A DNA stretch of 64,000 bases from Centroscyllium fabricii (lineage: Eukaryota), in the NCBI GenBank assembly GCA_051313645.2, contig JBNRSN020000010.1, forward strand, positions 10,974,001 through 11,038,000, in the 5' to 3' direction. The first letter of the stretch is position 1; every line of letters starts with the position of its first letter. Of the stretch, positions 27,405 to 40,713 are shown piece by piece. Both the position numbers and the translations under genes were made by a program. The notes below the pieces were generated by a model. It searched no databases and was not told the origin of the DNA. It saw nothing but the letters and a program-made list of their open reading frames with translations.

Positions 27405-28742
27405 CACTTACTCAGAAATAGCCTGATAAATGACGCCCAGTTTGGGTTCTGCCTGGGTCACTCAGCTCATGACCTCATTACAGCCTTAGTCCAAACATGC
27501 ACAAAAGAGCTGAACTCAAGAAGTGAGGTGAGAGTCACTTGCATTTACATCAAGGCAGCATTTGATGGAATGTGGAATCAAGGTGCCCTAGCAAAGCAGA
27601 AGTCAATGGGAATCAAGAACAAAACACTCCATTGATTGGAATCATACCTAGAACAAAGCAAGTTGGCTGTGGTTGTTGGAGGTCTTTCATCTGAACCACA
27701 TGACATCACTGTATGTGTTCCTCAGAGCAGTGTCCTAGGCGCAATCAACTTCAGCTGTTTTATCAATGACACTCAGCCCATTATATGGTCAGAAGTGGGG
27801 ATGTTGGATGATGATTACCTAACCCTAACCCGAACCCTAACCCTAACCCTATCCAACTGTTCAGCATCATTAGAGACTCGTCCGATACTGACGCAGTCTG
27901 TGTCCATATGCAGCAAGACCAGGACAACATTCAGACTTGGGCTGACATGTGGCAAGTAACATTTGCAGCACCCAAGTGTCAGGCAATGACCATCTCCAAC
28001 AAGCGAGACTCTAACCATCTCACTTGATATTCAATGGCATTATCATCGCTGAATCCCCCACTATCAACATCCTGGGGGTTACCATCGTTCAGAAACTGAA
28101 CTTAGCCAGCCATGTAAATACATGAGTACAATAGCAGGCCAGAGACTGAGAATTCTGCGGCGAGTGTCTCAACTCCTGACTCCCAAAGCATTTCCACCAT
28201 CTACAATGCACAAGTCAGGATTGTGATCGAACATACTCCAGTTGCCCAGATGAGCGCAGCTCCAAAAACACTCAAGAAGCTCGACAACATTCAGGATAAA
28301 GCAGGCCGCTTGCTTGGCACTCCATCCACCACCTTCAACATTCACTCACTCCACCACCGGCGCACTGTGGCTGCAGAGTATACCATCTACAAGATGCACT
28401 GCAGCAACACGCCAAAGCTCCTTCAACAGTACCTTCCAAACCCGCGAACTCTACCACTTAGAATGACAAGGGCAGCAGATGCATGGGAACAGCACCACCT
28501 TCATGACCCCCTCCAAGCCAGACACCATCCTGGCTTGGACCTGTATCGCCGTACCTTCACTGTCGCTGCGCCAAAATCGTGCAACTCCCTTCGTAACTAC
28601 ATTTTGGGTCTACCTACAGCATATTGACTGCAGCGTTTCAAGAAGTCAACTCACCACCATCTTCTCAAGCGCAATTAGGGATGGGCAATAAATGCAGGCC
28701 TTGCCAGCCAGCAACGCCCACATCCCATCAATGGATAAAAAA
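27405..28742 (+). mobile_element. Family-B CR1-group LINE, RT and 3' end
   Basis: AQFGF, IKAAFDGMW, VPQSSVLG, FSCFIND and GMLDDD motifs; 3' terminus gcaattagggatgggcaataaatgc...cacatcccatcaatggataaaaa. Confidence 0.85.
27818..27851. repeat. Short interstitial telomeric repeat (CCCTAA)~5.5
   Basis: CCTAACCCTAACCCGAACCCTAACCCTAACCCTA. Confidence 0.85.
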
Positions 28743-29556
28743 GCAGAGATACGGAACAGGCCAGAATTGAAGGAACTCAGATATCTTGTAGGGTTGTTGG
28801 GCTGGAGTAGTTTCCAGATATAATGTGGGACGAGGTCATGCGGGATGTATTGAACACATTGTTGTTAGTTCTAAAATCGAGGCATTTGCAGACAGGATGG
28901 CAAAATAGGTCAGTAAGAACATGTTTGATGGGTGAACGGGATTTGGTGCCAGTTAAAATACGGGCAGCAGAGGTTTAGATGAGAGAGAATATGAATTAAC
29001 AGGGGAATAATCAAGTGGTATACTAAAGCATAACATCAACCATGGAACAATTTGCGAAGCAGTGAACTAGAGGTCGATGAAGTATACGTTCATCTGTGTG
29101 TAAAGGTTGATCAGCAGAAAGAGACAAAACTTAGGAACCACAACACCGCCACTGACAGGAGGGTGGAATTACAGCATAATATTTCCATTCAGTTTCCACT
29201 ATAATATGGACTCAGGAAGACATAATGTGGAAGATGTTGATACAAATGTGTGACAAAGACATGACATTGGGATAAATTGCAGACAGGAATTATAAAAAGA
29301 GCATAACTCTTTGTTTAGATATAGCTATAATATAGTTATCTCATAAATTCCGTTGCGGGATATCATCCTTAAATTTATTTTAGTATTTAGATTATTTTAC
29401 TATCAAGGATTGTTCTTGTATAAATAAAGCGTTGCACGTATTACAAACAGATTACCATGAATTTTAAAGTACTGTTCCCGGAGCCTTCCCGGAGCTGAAC
29501 CTGGAATTCTGGAACAACATCTATTCCTGCTCAATACTCGTTCTGGGATCCCACAG

Positions 29557-32131
29557 GAGTGGCAGATCACTTGGCCACTGAGTTCACCACTTGAAAACTG
29601 AAGAAGTTTATCCTGGTGACATGTATCTAAACTTGTGGATGGCAATATGACCTATGAGTTTGACGTTTTCAAATGACGTATCTAGCTGGACAGTGATCAT
29701 TCCACTCCGTGAGATAAACACCAGTGCTCGATCATTTGGAAATTGGGGTCAACACACTTCAATATTAAAATCTCGCAGATTACAATAATTTGGTTTTATA
29801 TTCATTCTCGTGATGTCGGCGTAACCGGCAAGCTTTGGCTTGTATTGCCCAGAGTTATTTGTAGTGGACATGTGGAGGGTAAACTTCTTATTTGACTGGT
29901 GATATATTTTCTGTGATATAACTAAGCCGCTCCTAGTTTACTTCAGAGGCAAGTTGGCAAACCTACTGCTGAGGAACTGGAGTAACGGTTTTAATGAACG
30001 AGCTAGTTTCCTGGCAATCTGCCAGCCTTATACTCATGTATACTAACAAAGCTTTTTTTCCAGATTCTTTAAAAAGGGATGGCATTCTTATTTTCAGTGG
30101 TAGGATTTCATGGTTTTCCTACATTTCCAGCACAGAAATTAAACCACTGCACTGCAACACTTAACACAATGTATGTAGGAAATCGGACGACAAAGGAAAC
30201 GTGGAGATCCCCGATGGACAACTGGCAGCCTGCACACCACTGAGCAAATAATGATCGTGTTCGAAGTTATTTCGTTGTATGTGTGTTCAGAACAGAACCA
30301 ACGTCCAGCTTTCCCCTTAAAGAGCAATTATTTAAATGGAAACTGGAAGAACATTGTTCAGAAACAGTATTAACAGGAATTAAATAAGCTTCCATTTCTA
30401 CAGCTGCTTTAGACAGAAAATGTTGAATGGTTTCGAGGTTACAGAAAAATAAATCAAGTGCTAAAGTAAGAGACAACAATACATAACAGTTACAGGCGTA
30501 ATAAACTGAATACATACTTTTATTTAAATATTAGATTACATAAAACAAGATGAGTCGCCAAGTGAGAAGTTGAGTGAGTTATAATGAATTTGATAATAGG
30601 TGTGGGGTAAAAGCTGAAGAGTGAGCTGTAGGCGAGGATTTGTATGTGACATTGTTTGGCCGAGAAATTCATCTCAGGCGGTGGCGAAAAACGAGTGTTA
30701 TCGGAACGGACACCCGTTGTACTTGGTGCCTGATATTCAGCTATATTGCAGTCAACTGAATATCAGGCACTACATATAACGTACGGCCGATCCAATATCG
30801 CTCGCTTTTCTCCACTGTCCGAGAAGAATTCCTAGCTGACTGACGCTACAAAATCAGTGAAGATGGGATTGATGGCCGAACCTAACTCAGTGCAGCAGGA
30901 AGTGGGAGGTGAGGCGAAATTTTAATAAGCGTGTTAAGCGTCTGTTGGCAATATTACATTGCATGATTTCTGGATTTGAAAATCCACGAATTTTGTGTTT
31001 CGGTTTACCTGGTTTGTAATCAGACTCATTCGCCATAGTCCAATTCCACTCAGGAATTCACACCGGGTAGGGGAGTACCAGCACTGGTCGCCGGTAGACG
31101 GCCTGCTAATTGCTCAGCCGGTGGTGAGCCTTCCTTATTCTGCAGGGCCTGTGAATGGAATGTAGAAGCGCACCGCCGACCAGCGACAGACGGTCCTTCA
31201 TCTCACAATAAAGAATGCGATGGTTGGTCACTCAGGTTGCCGTGGAGCATAGCGGAGGGCTTTTGAAAAAATGGAGTGTGACTGGAGTCACATGTACTCC
31301 AGACTGGGTCGGCCTGGCAGGTTATCTTCTCTGAAGTGAGGTTTGTGAATGTTTGTTATAATGATTCAGCAGCCGCCATGGTGATTGTTCTGGCCGTATA
31401 ATACTTCATTCTGTTTAACAACTCACCATGATGACATTTCAAATCAGGCTCATTTGCTTTATAGTCCTTTACTGCGACCACTTCACTACCACCCACCTCT
31501 TTGTTTCCCTTTTTTGCTGCTTTCTCCATTCTGGAAAATATCTCGTGCCGGCTTCCCTTCCACAGACATAGATGACCTCTGATACGTGGTGTGATTATTT
31601 GAGCCAATACACTGTGCGTCGGCTTGCGTTTCTGTACTGCATCTAATACAATGGATCCCAATTCAGTCCCAAACCCTTAACTGCACGTGCACGGAGTCAA
31701 AAGCCAGGGACGAACTATGGAAGTCAGTCGCTGATTGCAGACCCACCCCCTAACACAGTGCCCACTCAGTAAAAGTACGGAAACCAATGAATCACGGCTG
31801 AGAGTAGTTGAAGCAGCAGAGATTGAGCACAAGTTTGTATAATCATAGGATTCAACCACGCCCCTATCAGAGCACTCAAACATCCATTGGTTTTATTTTG
31901 TGGTGATTATTGACAGAAACTCTTAACACCGTGAACTGTTACGGGTCGATCCCTCGTTTTCTGTCTGTAGTTGAACAGTTCAATCTGATCATTGCCTTCT
32001 TTGATCCTTCGGGCCAGTCCCCGTGTAAACAGACACTGAACGTGCTGCAAATGTTGAACGAAAATCACGGCGATAAAATTAAGTTCTACTTGAGCAAAGC
32101 CGATAAAGCTTGTCATGAGAGTGAAAGACAG
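29557..32131 (+). pseudogene. Two internal exons (29557-~29689 disrupted; 31971-32131 open) of an EHD/dynamin-like P-loop GTPase pseudogene
   Basis: Exon A (after cacag): GVADHLATEFTT*KLKKFILVTCI...LVDGNMTYEFDV, with the G3 DTPG motif destroyed. Exon B (ctgtag...cag|gt): EQFNLIIAFFDPSGQSPCKQTLNVLQMLNENHGDKIKFYLSKADKACHESERQ, with a G4-like SKAD. Confidence 0.7.
30637..30857. mobile_element. Degenerate palindromic MITE
   Basis: Imperfect long arms around a perfect 15-bp stem GTGCCTGATATTCAG (30726-30740) / CTGAATATCAGGCAC (30756-30770). Confidence 0.6.
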
Positions 32132-34526
32132 GTACAGGCAGAATTCATTTTATTGCAACTGAGGGTCCCCTTTCTGGAAAGATTTCCAAATTCCGTGATT
32201 TGATCACTGTGCTTTGTGGTTCACAGTGAGAATTTGCCACCCATTAATAAAAGACAGAAGTGATGTGGAAACGATGCATCCAAAGAGACTGTATAAACAG
32301 GGCCCCCAATATGTCCCGCCACACAAAAACTAAGTTGTTCCTTTTGAATGAGTGAATTGTACTGTAACAATGTCCCACCCCACTCATTAGTTGGATAAGG
32401 GTGTGCATAGGCGATTGTTTCGTTATTTTAAATTCATATATATTACCCATAAATTTATAGAATTCCTTGATTTGATAGTGTTACTTATAATTATGTAGCA
32501 AATCTTACTGCAATTTGGGAAGTTGATTGTTTTGAGTCTTCATGCATTTTATTCTACCGGAGAATCTCAGGAGCGGGGAGAAATAAATCTGAGACACTGA
32601 AGCGTCGACACTGGCGTGGCATAGTTTCAGGTGTTTATGCAATTTCTCGTGTGAACTTGGGCAATTGGATATTAAAAAGGAGAAAGATTAATACGTAAAT
32701 GTGACAACAGAAATTATGTTTTATAGACAGGACGTACACGCATGCATAACTTTTTGAATATTTCGTAGTTAATAAACGGAGTAACACTTGACAATAGCTG
32801 TCTGTAGCAATATCTGACAACGTGATTTTAATCCAGCGTTGAAATGATTTGCACGATAACAGAACACATTTCCATTTCCTAATATTCAAGGGATGAGGTT
32901 CGCAGATACTTTTCACCCCAGATCGCTTAATCTACAACATTCTCACTGTGCACCGGAACAAAAATGATGGTACGGGCAGCATTGACGAGTGACATGAACA
33001 AAAGCTATAGTAACATAGTTCTGGGATCAGATTCGCAAGGCATTAAAAAGGAAGGTTGCAGCGCAATTGAGGGTGCACACAACGGATACCAGGCTGGATT
33101 CTATGGGATGGATTGAGCGTCTGGAAATCTGGGACTAGCAATCCAAATTGCGGGATCTAAACACGAACCACAACAAGCAGTGCCATTAAATTACATAAAA
33201 TATGGTAATTTCTGGACAGGTGCCAAATAAATTATCGTGAATGTTACTGATGTTCAGGATGAAGTAATGGATCCACTCTTATGATTTGATGAGTCTTCGA
33301 GTTTCGGGTAACATTCATTCCATTACTGAAGCGACCAAAGGAAAGATTAACTGGTTATTTACCTCAATTCGAGATTATTCTATAAATTCAACTGGTGACA
33401 TAATGTCCTTCAGGGAAAGAAGACTTCCACATCTACGTGCTTTGCATTACAATTAACTCCAGTTCCTGGTGCATTTCGACTTTGTGACATACAGTAACAT
33501 ATGTCATCTGATTCTCGTCCACCACCCTCGATTTTTAACTTAATTAAATTTAATGGAAGTGAATAATCATCCGTTTTATACTGTCACACACATTCAAAAT
33601 ATACTCAGAGGTGCTCAGTCTTAATGCGCTCATTGGAGCCCAGGAATGGGCATCAAATGCAGCTACACTGAGAGAGCAAATTTACAAATTGAACCCGTAC
33701 AGACACTCAGAATAATGAAAACTGGGGGCAGAATGTAATGCATGAAAGATTTCAAAGTCGCTTTTGCTACTTATACTCCTTTGTCAGCGGATAGTTCTTC
33801 CAATAACCCCCCCATTCTCAGCAAAATAAAGCAGCATACGCAATTATTCCTAGCAAGGTGTGGAATAGGGGAAACAAATATTTGGGGTTCAATGCCTCTA
33901 TCGAAATAATGGATCTGAATAAAGAAACTGTGGTTACGTGTCTATGTATTTTTGTAGCTGCTTAGCGTCTCCAGAATTCCCTGCTTTCTTTCCAGATTTA
34001 AGTATAGTCTATGTAAATCATTGATTTTAGATGAATACCAATTTTACAGAATCGTAGTTGATCCGTATTCCACCCCAATCTGTAACCTCAAGGTGCAGCA
34101 CATCCTTCAAATCCCCGTTAACTTCTAGCCAGGTTACAAAACCAGGTTCAATAAGGAATGCAGAAGAGTATACGAGGAGAAACACCGGCGTACCCAAAAA
34201 TGGTTTGCCAAATTGGGGATGCTGCAACACAGGTAAATGTATTATAACGAGTGGAAGAAGCATGCTATAAGCAGAGCTAATCGATGCCACAATCAACGAA
34301 TCAGATCAAAGCTCGGCGGTCCTGCCACATCCAGTCCTGAATGGTGCTGAAACATTAAGCAACCAACTGGAAGAGGAGGCTCCATTATTATCCCTATCCT
34401 CAATGATGGCATTGCCCAACACGTGAGCGCAAAAGACAAGGCAGATGCTTTTGCAACCATTCTCAGATAGAAGAGACGAGTTTATTATCCATATCGGCAG
34501 CTTCTTGAGGTTCCACAACGTCACGA

Positions 34527-37500
34527 GTTAGTGAGTATAGGAATAGGAGGATAGAGCAGCTTAATACGTGGCTCAAGAGTTGGTGCAGGATGGACTGCTT
34601 TAGTTTCCTGGATAATTGGCCCTGTTTCTGGGAAAGTTGGGACCTGTATAAGCCAGACGGTCTCCACCTTAACCAGAGGGGAACCAATATCCTGGCGGGG
34701 AGGTTTGCTAGCACTGTTGGGGAGGGTTTAAACTAACTTGGCAGGGGGCTGGGATACAAAGTGGAGTAAAAATAGGGGATGACGAAAAGGCAAATATTGA
34801 GGAAAAAACAAGTATGATTAGAAGGCAGAACAAAAGTTCGACACAAGGGAGTAGGGCAAGTTTAAATGGCATTTATTTTAATGCAAGGAGTCTTGCAAAC
34901 AAGGGGGATGAATTGAAGGTGTTGTTAAACACATGGGAGTATGACATTGTTGCCATTACAGAAACATGGCTGAGAGAGGGGCAGGACTGGCAGCTCAATA
35001 TTCCGGGGTATAGAATCTTCAGGAGAGACAGAGTGGATGGAAAAAGAGGAGCGGTGTTGCAGTATTATTCAAAGAATCAATTACTGCTGTAAGAAGGGAT
35101 GACATATTGACTGGGTTCTCTAACGAGGCCATTTGGGTGGAACTTAGAAATAAAACGGGGGCAAGCTCATTACTGGGAGTATATTACAGACCCCCAAACA
35201 GTCAGAGGGAAATAGAGGAACAGATTTGCAGGCAAATCTCGGAGGTGTGAGAAACAATAGGGTAGTAATTTTAGGGGATTTCAACTTCCCCAATATTGAT
35301 TGGGATAGCCAAAGTGGGAAGGGCTTAGAGGGTGCCGAATTCCTAAAGGTCGTTCAGGAGGGCTTTTTGAGCCAATATGTTGAAAGTCCAACAAGGGGGG
35401 GGGGCGGTTTTGGACTTAATCCTGGGGAACGAGGACGGGCAGGTGGTTGAAGTGTCAGTAGTAGAGCATTTTGGGGAGACTGATCACAATTCAGTGATAT
35501 TTAAGGTGGTAATGGAAAAGGACAAAGATGGACCAAAAGTAAAGGTTCTAAATTGGGGCAAGGCTGATTTTAATTTGATAAGGGAGAAATTGGGCAAAGT
35601 GGACTGGGATCAGCTACGCATAGGAAAGTCCGCTTCAGATCACTGCGGGGCGTTCAAAGAAGAAATTGAAAAAGTACAAAGGAAACATGTTCCCCAAAAG
35701 GTCAAGGGTGGGACAAATAAACCCAGGGAGCCTTGGATGTCGAGCGATATATTAAAACTGATTCAGAAGAAAAGAGGGGCTTTTGGAAGGCATAAAGAAC
35801 TGAAGTCCCAGGTGAGTTTAGAGGAATATAGAAGGTGTAGGGGGGTTCTTAACAAAGAAATTAGGAGAGCAAATAGTGGCCATGAGATAACATTAGCGGG
35901 CAACATAAAAGATAATCCCAAGGTGTATTATAAGTGTATTAAGGGTAAACAGATAACGAAGGAAAGTGTGGGACCCATCAGGGACCATAGCGGGAAGCTG
36001 TGTGTGGAGCCAGAAGATGTAGGTGGGGTTTTGAATGAATTTTTTGCATCTGTTTTTACGATGGAGAGGGGCGATACAGACAAAGAAATAGGACAGGAGA
36101 GATGTGATATAATTGATCGTATTAGTATTGACAGAGAGGAGGTAGTAGCGGTTCTAGCTGGCTTAAAAGTAGATAAGTCCCCAGGTCCTGACGAGATGTA
36201 TCCCAGGATGCTGAATGAGGCAAGGGAAGAGATTGCAGGGGCCCTGACACAATTTTTCAGAACCTCTCTTGCAACAGGGGATGTGCCCGAGGACTGGAGG
36301 ATAGCCAATGTTATACCATTATTTAAGAAAGGCAGTAGGGAAAAACCAGGGAACTACAGTCCGGTGAGCCTGATATCGGTGGTGTGGAAGCTACTAGAAA
36401 AAATTCTGAGGGACAAAATCAGTCTTCACTTGGAGAGTCAGGGATTAATTAAGGATAGTCAACATGGCTTTGTCAAGGGAAGATCGTGTCTGACTAATTT
36501 GATTGAATTTTTTGAAGGGGTGACCAAGTATGTGGATGGGGTAGTGCAGTTGATTTGGTCTACATGGACTTTAGTAAGGCTTTTGATAAGGTCCCGCATA
36601 GGAGACTACTCAAGAAGGTAAGAGCCCATGGGATCTAAGGCACCTTGGCACAATGGATCCAAAACTGGCATGGTGACAGAAGGCAGATGGTAATGGTCGA
36701 AGGCTGCTTTTGTGACTGGAGGCCGGTGTCCAGTGGAGTACCGCAGGGATCGGTCCTGGGTCCCTTGCTGTTTGTAATCTATATTAATGATTTGGATATC
36801 AACGTAAAAGGCATGATCAGCAAGTTTGCAGACGACATGAAGATAGGAGGGGTGGTATATAGTGAGGAAGAGATCTGCAGGCTGCAGGGGGATATAGATG
36901 AGCTAGTCAGATGGGCGGAACGGTGGCAAATGGAATTTAACCCTGAAAAGTGCGAAGTGATGCATTTTGGCAGGACTAACATGGAGTGGGAATACACCAT
37001 GAATGGTAGGACTCTAGGGAAGACAGATGATCAGAGGGACCTTGGTGTACAGGTACACAAGTCCTTGAAGGCAGCAGGACAGGTGGGTAGGGGGTCAAGA
37101 AGGCATATCGGATACTTGCCTTCATTAGCAGTGGCATAGAATATAAAAGTAAGGAGGTGATGATGGAACTGTACAAAACATTGGTGAGACCACATCTGGA
37201 GTATTGTGTGCAGTTCTGGTCGCCACACTATAGGAAGAATGTGATAGCTTTGGTGAGGGTGCAGAGGAGATTCACCAGGATGCTGCCGGGGATGGCGAGC
37301 CTCAGCTATGAGGAGAGACTGTACAGGCTGGGGTTGTTTTCTTTGGAGCAGAGGAGGCTGAGAGGGGACCTGATTGAGGTGTACAACATCATGAGGGTAA
37401 TAGATAGGGTCGATGGCGGGGAGCTTTTTCCATTGGTGGAAGGGGCAATAACGAGGGGGCATGGATACAGGGTGAGAGGCAGGAGGTTTTGGAGGGATGT

Positions 37501-38125
37501 GAGGAAGAACATTTTCACCCAGAGGGTGGTTGGAGTCTGGAACTCACTGCCTGAAAGGGGGGTAGAGGAGGGAACAGTCATAACGTTCTAAACGCATTTC
37601 GATGTACACTTGAAAGGTTACAACATTCAAGGCTACGGTCCAAATGCAGGAATGTGGGATTAGAATAGAAACATAGAAACTAGGAGCAGGAGTAGGCCAT
37701 TCGGCCCTTCGAGCCTGCTCCGCCATTCAATGAGATCATGGCTGATCATCCAAACCCAGTACCCTGTCCCTGCCCTCTCCCCATATTCCTATCGAGCCTG
37801 CACCGACACATATCCCATCCTAACCCCGTAACCCCACACATTCAATCCCCCTAACACTAAGGGTCAATTTATCATGGCCAATCAACCTAACCTTCACATC
37901 TTTGGACTGTGGGAGGAAACCGGAGCACCCGAGGAAACCCACGCAGACACGGGGAGAATGTGCAAACTCCTCACAGATAGGACCTGAGGCTGGATTTGAA
38001 CCCGGTCTCCAGTGCTGTGAGACAACAGTGCTATCCACTAGACTAGGTTTCGATGGGCGGCACGGACGTGATGGGCCCAAGTGCCTCTTTCTGTGCTGTA
38101 TGACTCTATAACTCTATGACTCTAT
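34527..38125 (+). mobile_element. Near-complete CR1 LINE (ORF1 3' end, frameshifted ORF2 EN+RT, 3'UTR with (TGACTCTA)n tail)
   Basis: WDLYKPDGLHLN; NARSL, ITETWL, GDFNFP, LDLIL, KSPGPD, GVPQGSVLGP and KFADD across ORFs 34814-37591; tail at 38100-38125. Confidence 0.93.
37665..38040 (-). mobile_element. HE1/V-type SINE inserted in the CR1 3'UTR
   Basis: Reverse strand shows tRNA-like head with GGTTCAAATCC, V-domain and CR1-derived tail; homologous to 50541-50952. Confidence 0.9.
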
Positions 38126-40046
38126 GTCACAGACGGCAGTCTTCAGTCAATTCGATTCACTCCACCTGGAATCAAGAAATGGAAGAACCCACTGGAAACA
38201 GCAAATGCTGTGATATTCAACAATATCCCGGCGGTCGTGCTGACGACTTGTGCTTGGAGCTATTTGCCCCACCAGAAAAGCTGTTCCAGTACAGCTGCAA
38301 CACTGGCATCAGTGCAGCTGCAATACTGGCATCTGTTCGACAATGTGAAAAAGTGCCCAAATATGTCCTGTTCTCAAAATGCACGACAATCGAATCCGCC
38401 CAGCTACCGCCCGACCCGTCTATTCTCAATAATCTGCGAACTGATGGAAGGTCTCATCGACAGTGCTATCAAGCGACGCTTGCTCTCCAATAACCTGCTC
38501 TCCAATGCTCACTGTAGGTACCGGCAGGACCAATCTGTTGCAGTCATCATTACAGCCTTGGTCGAAACACAGGCAATAGAGATAAATTGGCGAGGTGAGC
38601 TGAGCGTGACTGCTTGTGACATGCAGACAGCATTTGACAGTGGCGGCCTACGCAAAGTGAAGTACATGAGAATCAGGGGGTAATGTATCCACTGGCTGGA
38701 AACAATCCTGCCTAGCACAAAGGAATATCACTGTGGTGGTTGCTGTTCAATCATCCCAACCCCAGGACAACGATGCAGGTGATCTTCAGCTTAATTTCCG
38801 ATGCGCAACGAACGTCAGCTGTTTCAGCAATGACGTTCCATCCATAATAAGTTCAGGAACGGGCTTATTCGCTGATGATTACAGAAATTTCAGTTCCATG
38901 CTAACTCCTCATGTAATGGAGCCGTCCATGCCCGCACGCAGGCAGTCCTGGACGGCATTCAGTCTTGGCTTCATATGTGGCAAGAAACATTCACGCCACA
39001 CAAGTGGCAGGCAGTGATTACTTTAGCAAGAGATAGTTGAAACACTGCCACTTGAAATTCAACGGCATTACCATCACTGAATATCTCACAATCAATGGGG
39101 TCACCACTGAGCAGAAACCTGACTATGATGCGCTGCGCAATATAGTAGATTCATCGCTGCTGCCCAACGTCCCATGACCAACCTTTTCATTATCAATTAC
39201 CCAAACCACCTAGATGCATCTGGCTCAGGGGACTGGCCTGCATGTATTTCTTATTTCAACAGCATTCATTTAAATAGCGCAATTAAATTAATAAAATCCC
39301 CAAGGCGCTTCCAATAGCGTAAGCAGACAAAATGCTAAGGAGCCAAATATGGAGGCACATGGACAGTTGACCAAAAGCTTGATTAGAGCTAGGTTTTGAG
39401 GACAGTCCTAAAGGCGAGGAGAATGGCAGGTTTCAGGGTAATTATTCCTGTATTTAGAACCTATACAACTCAAAGCACAGCAACTAATGTTGGGGCGAAA
39501 AACGTGTAGGATGCACAGGAGGGAAATTTGGCTCATCCTAGAATGTATATTGCGCCGACAAGCTATTTGACAATACAGAAACAGTGGTAGGATTATGTGA
39601 ATTGGTGTAGAGGTAGAGATATGCATCTTAAACATACACGGTAAATCTGATGTTGTGCTTTCGGTTGACGTCGACAAAGAGCAGCATGTGGATGCAAAAT
39701 AAAAGGAACAAAGAGTGTACATTTTGGGGTTAGAGGTAACGGTGCTAGAGTGCAAAGATAATCAATTTCATGATATTCTCTGGTTCATGCTGCATGGGTA
39801 AGTGTGGAAACAGGCGAGGGCAGTTCCACAGAGCTGGAAAATGGAGGAGAGGCGTGGAGATGGATGGTGTTGTCATCCCTGTCAAAGACGTGAAGAATGA
39901 GGATGGATAAGCACCATGGTCACCGTCAAAAAGGCTATCCTTTGTGACTTTGATAAGGGCCGTTTCAAGTGCTGTTCAAAGGCAGAAATTCGATTGTAGG
40001 GAATCGAAAAAAGAATTGTGGGAAAGATGGAAAGGATTTTGGGAGG

Positions 40047-40713
40047 TGTTGGAGTAAATTTTGGATGCTTGGACTAAAAGCTTTAATGGACTCTTTAAAT
40101 TTAAAAGGCATAAGAAACGCCGCCAAAGGGTTAACAGGGTAATACTGAGGACGTGTTGAAGAGAATTAAATAATATACATCTGCAGCATATTCTAGACGG
40201 TTTGAAAACTCCAAGGCTATGGGAACAGATACGAGGAGTGAGCTTCAACTGTGGAAACAGATTAGAAGTTAATTAAAGACGTAAATCAACAAAGGGACAT
40301 AGAGAAACTAACTAAAAACAGAATACAATGGGATCTTAGAAGAAGCTAGGGGGTAGTTGCAGGTGGAAGATAAGGTTAGCTTGTTGACGTAGGTTAGAGG
40401 TTATTGAGTTAATTGGCTAATAATAATGTAATATGCGTAGAAACAATTTATTGATTGGCTTAAGAAAATGTAACGCGCGCAAATGCTTTGAAATATTGTA
40501 AAAAAATGACTAACCGGAGCAGCTATTTTGAGAAAGTGTGACTAGCACTTATCTCCCGGAGCTCTGCTTGAATAAAATATACTCTCGCATTTTGAACAGA
40601 CAATCCGAGTTTCAGTTTTATTACTCTGTGTGATTAGGCTGAGTAGCGTCGATGTTCCTTCACGGTTCGTCCGCCAGGCTTCAGCTAATCAATACATAAA
40701 TTTTCCTACAACA
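40047..40713 (+). repeat. ERV 5' LTR (667 bp)
   Basis: TGTTG...CAACA termini; AATAAA at ~40571; about 18 differences from the 3' LTR by eye. Confidence 0.95.

Larger units (their letters stand above)
27205..29000 (-). mobile_element. L2 LINE 3' remnant split by a family-B LINE insertion
   Basis: GSRAFSCLGPNLCNSL (ORF 27222-27407); L2-like sequence resumes after 28742. Confidence 0.6.
34030..39120 (+). mobile_element. Family-B LINE fragment (34030-34526 and 38126-39120) split by a CR1 insertion
   Basis: Sequence ...gaggttccacaacgtcac resumes as gtcacagacggcagtcttcag, continuous with the uninterrupted copy at 11695-11740. Confidence 0.8.

Noticed and set aside
29420-29470. Possible additional degraded GTPase exon (ALHVLQTDYHEF)
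   Set aside because: Position fits, but similarity is weak and the splice sites are not intact.
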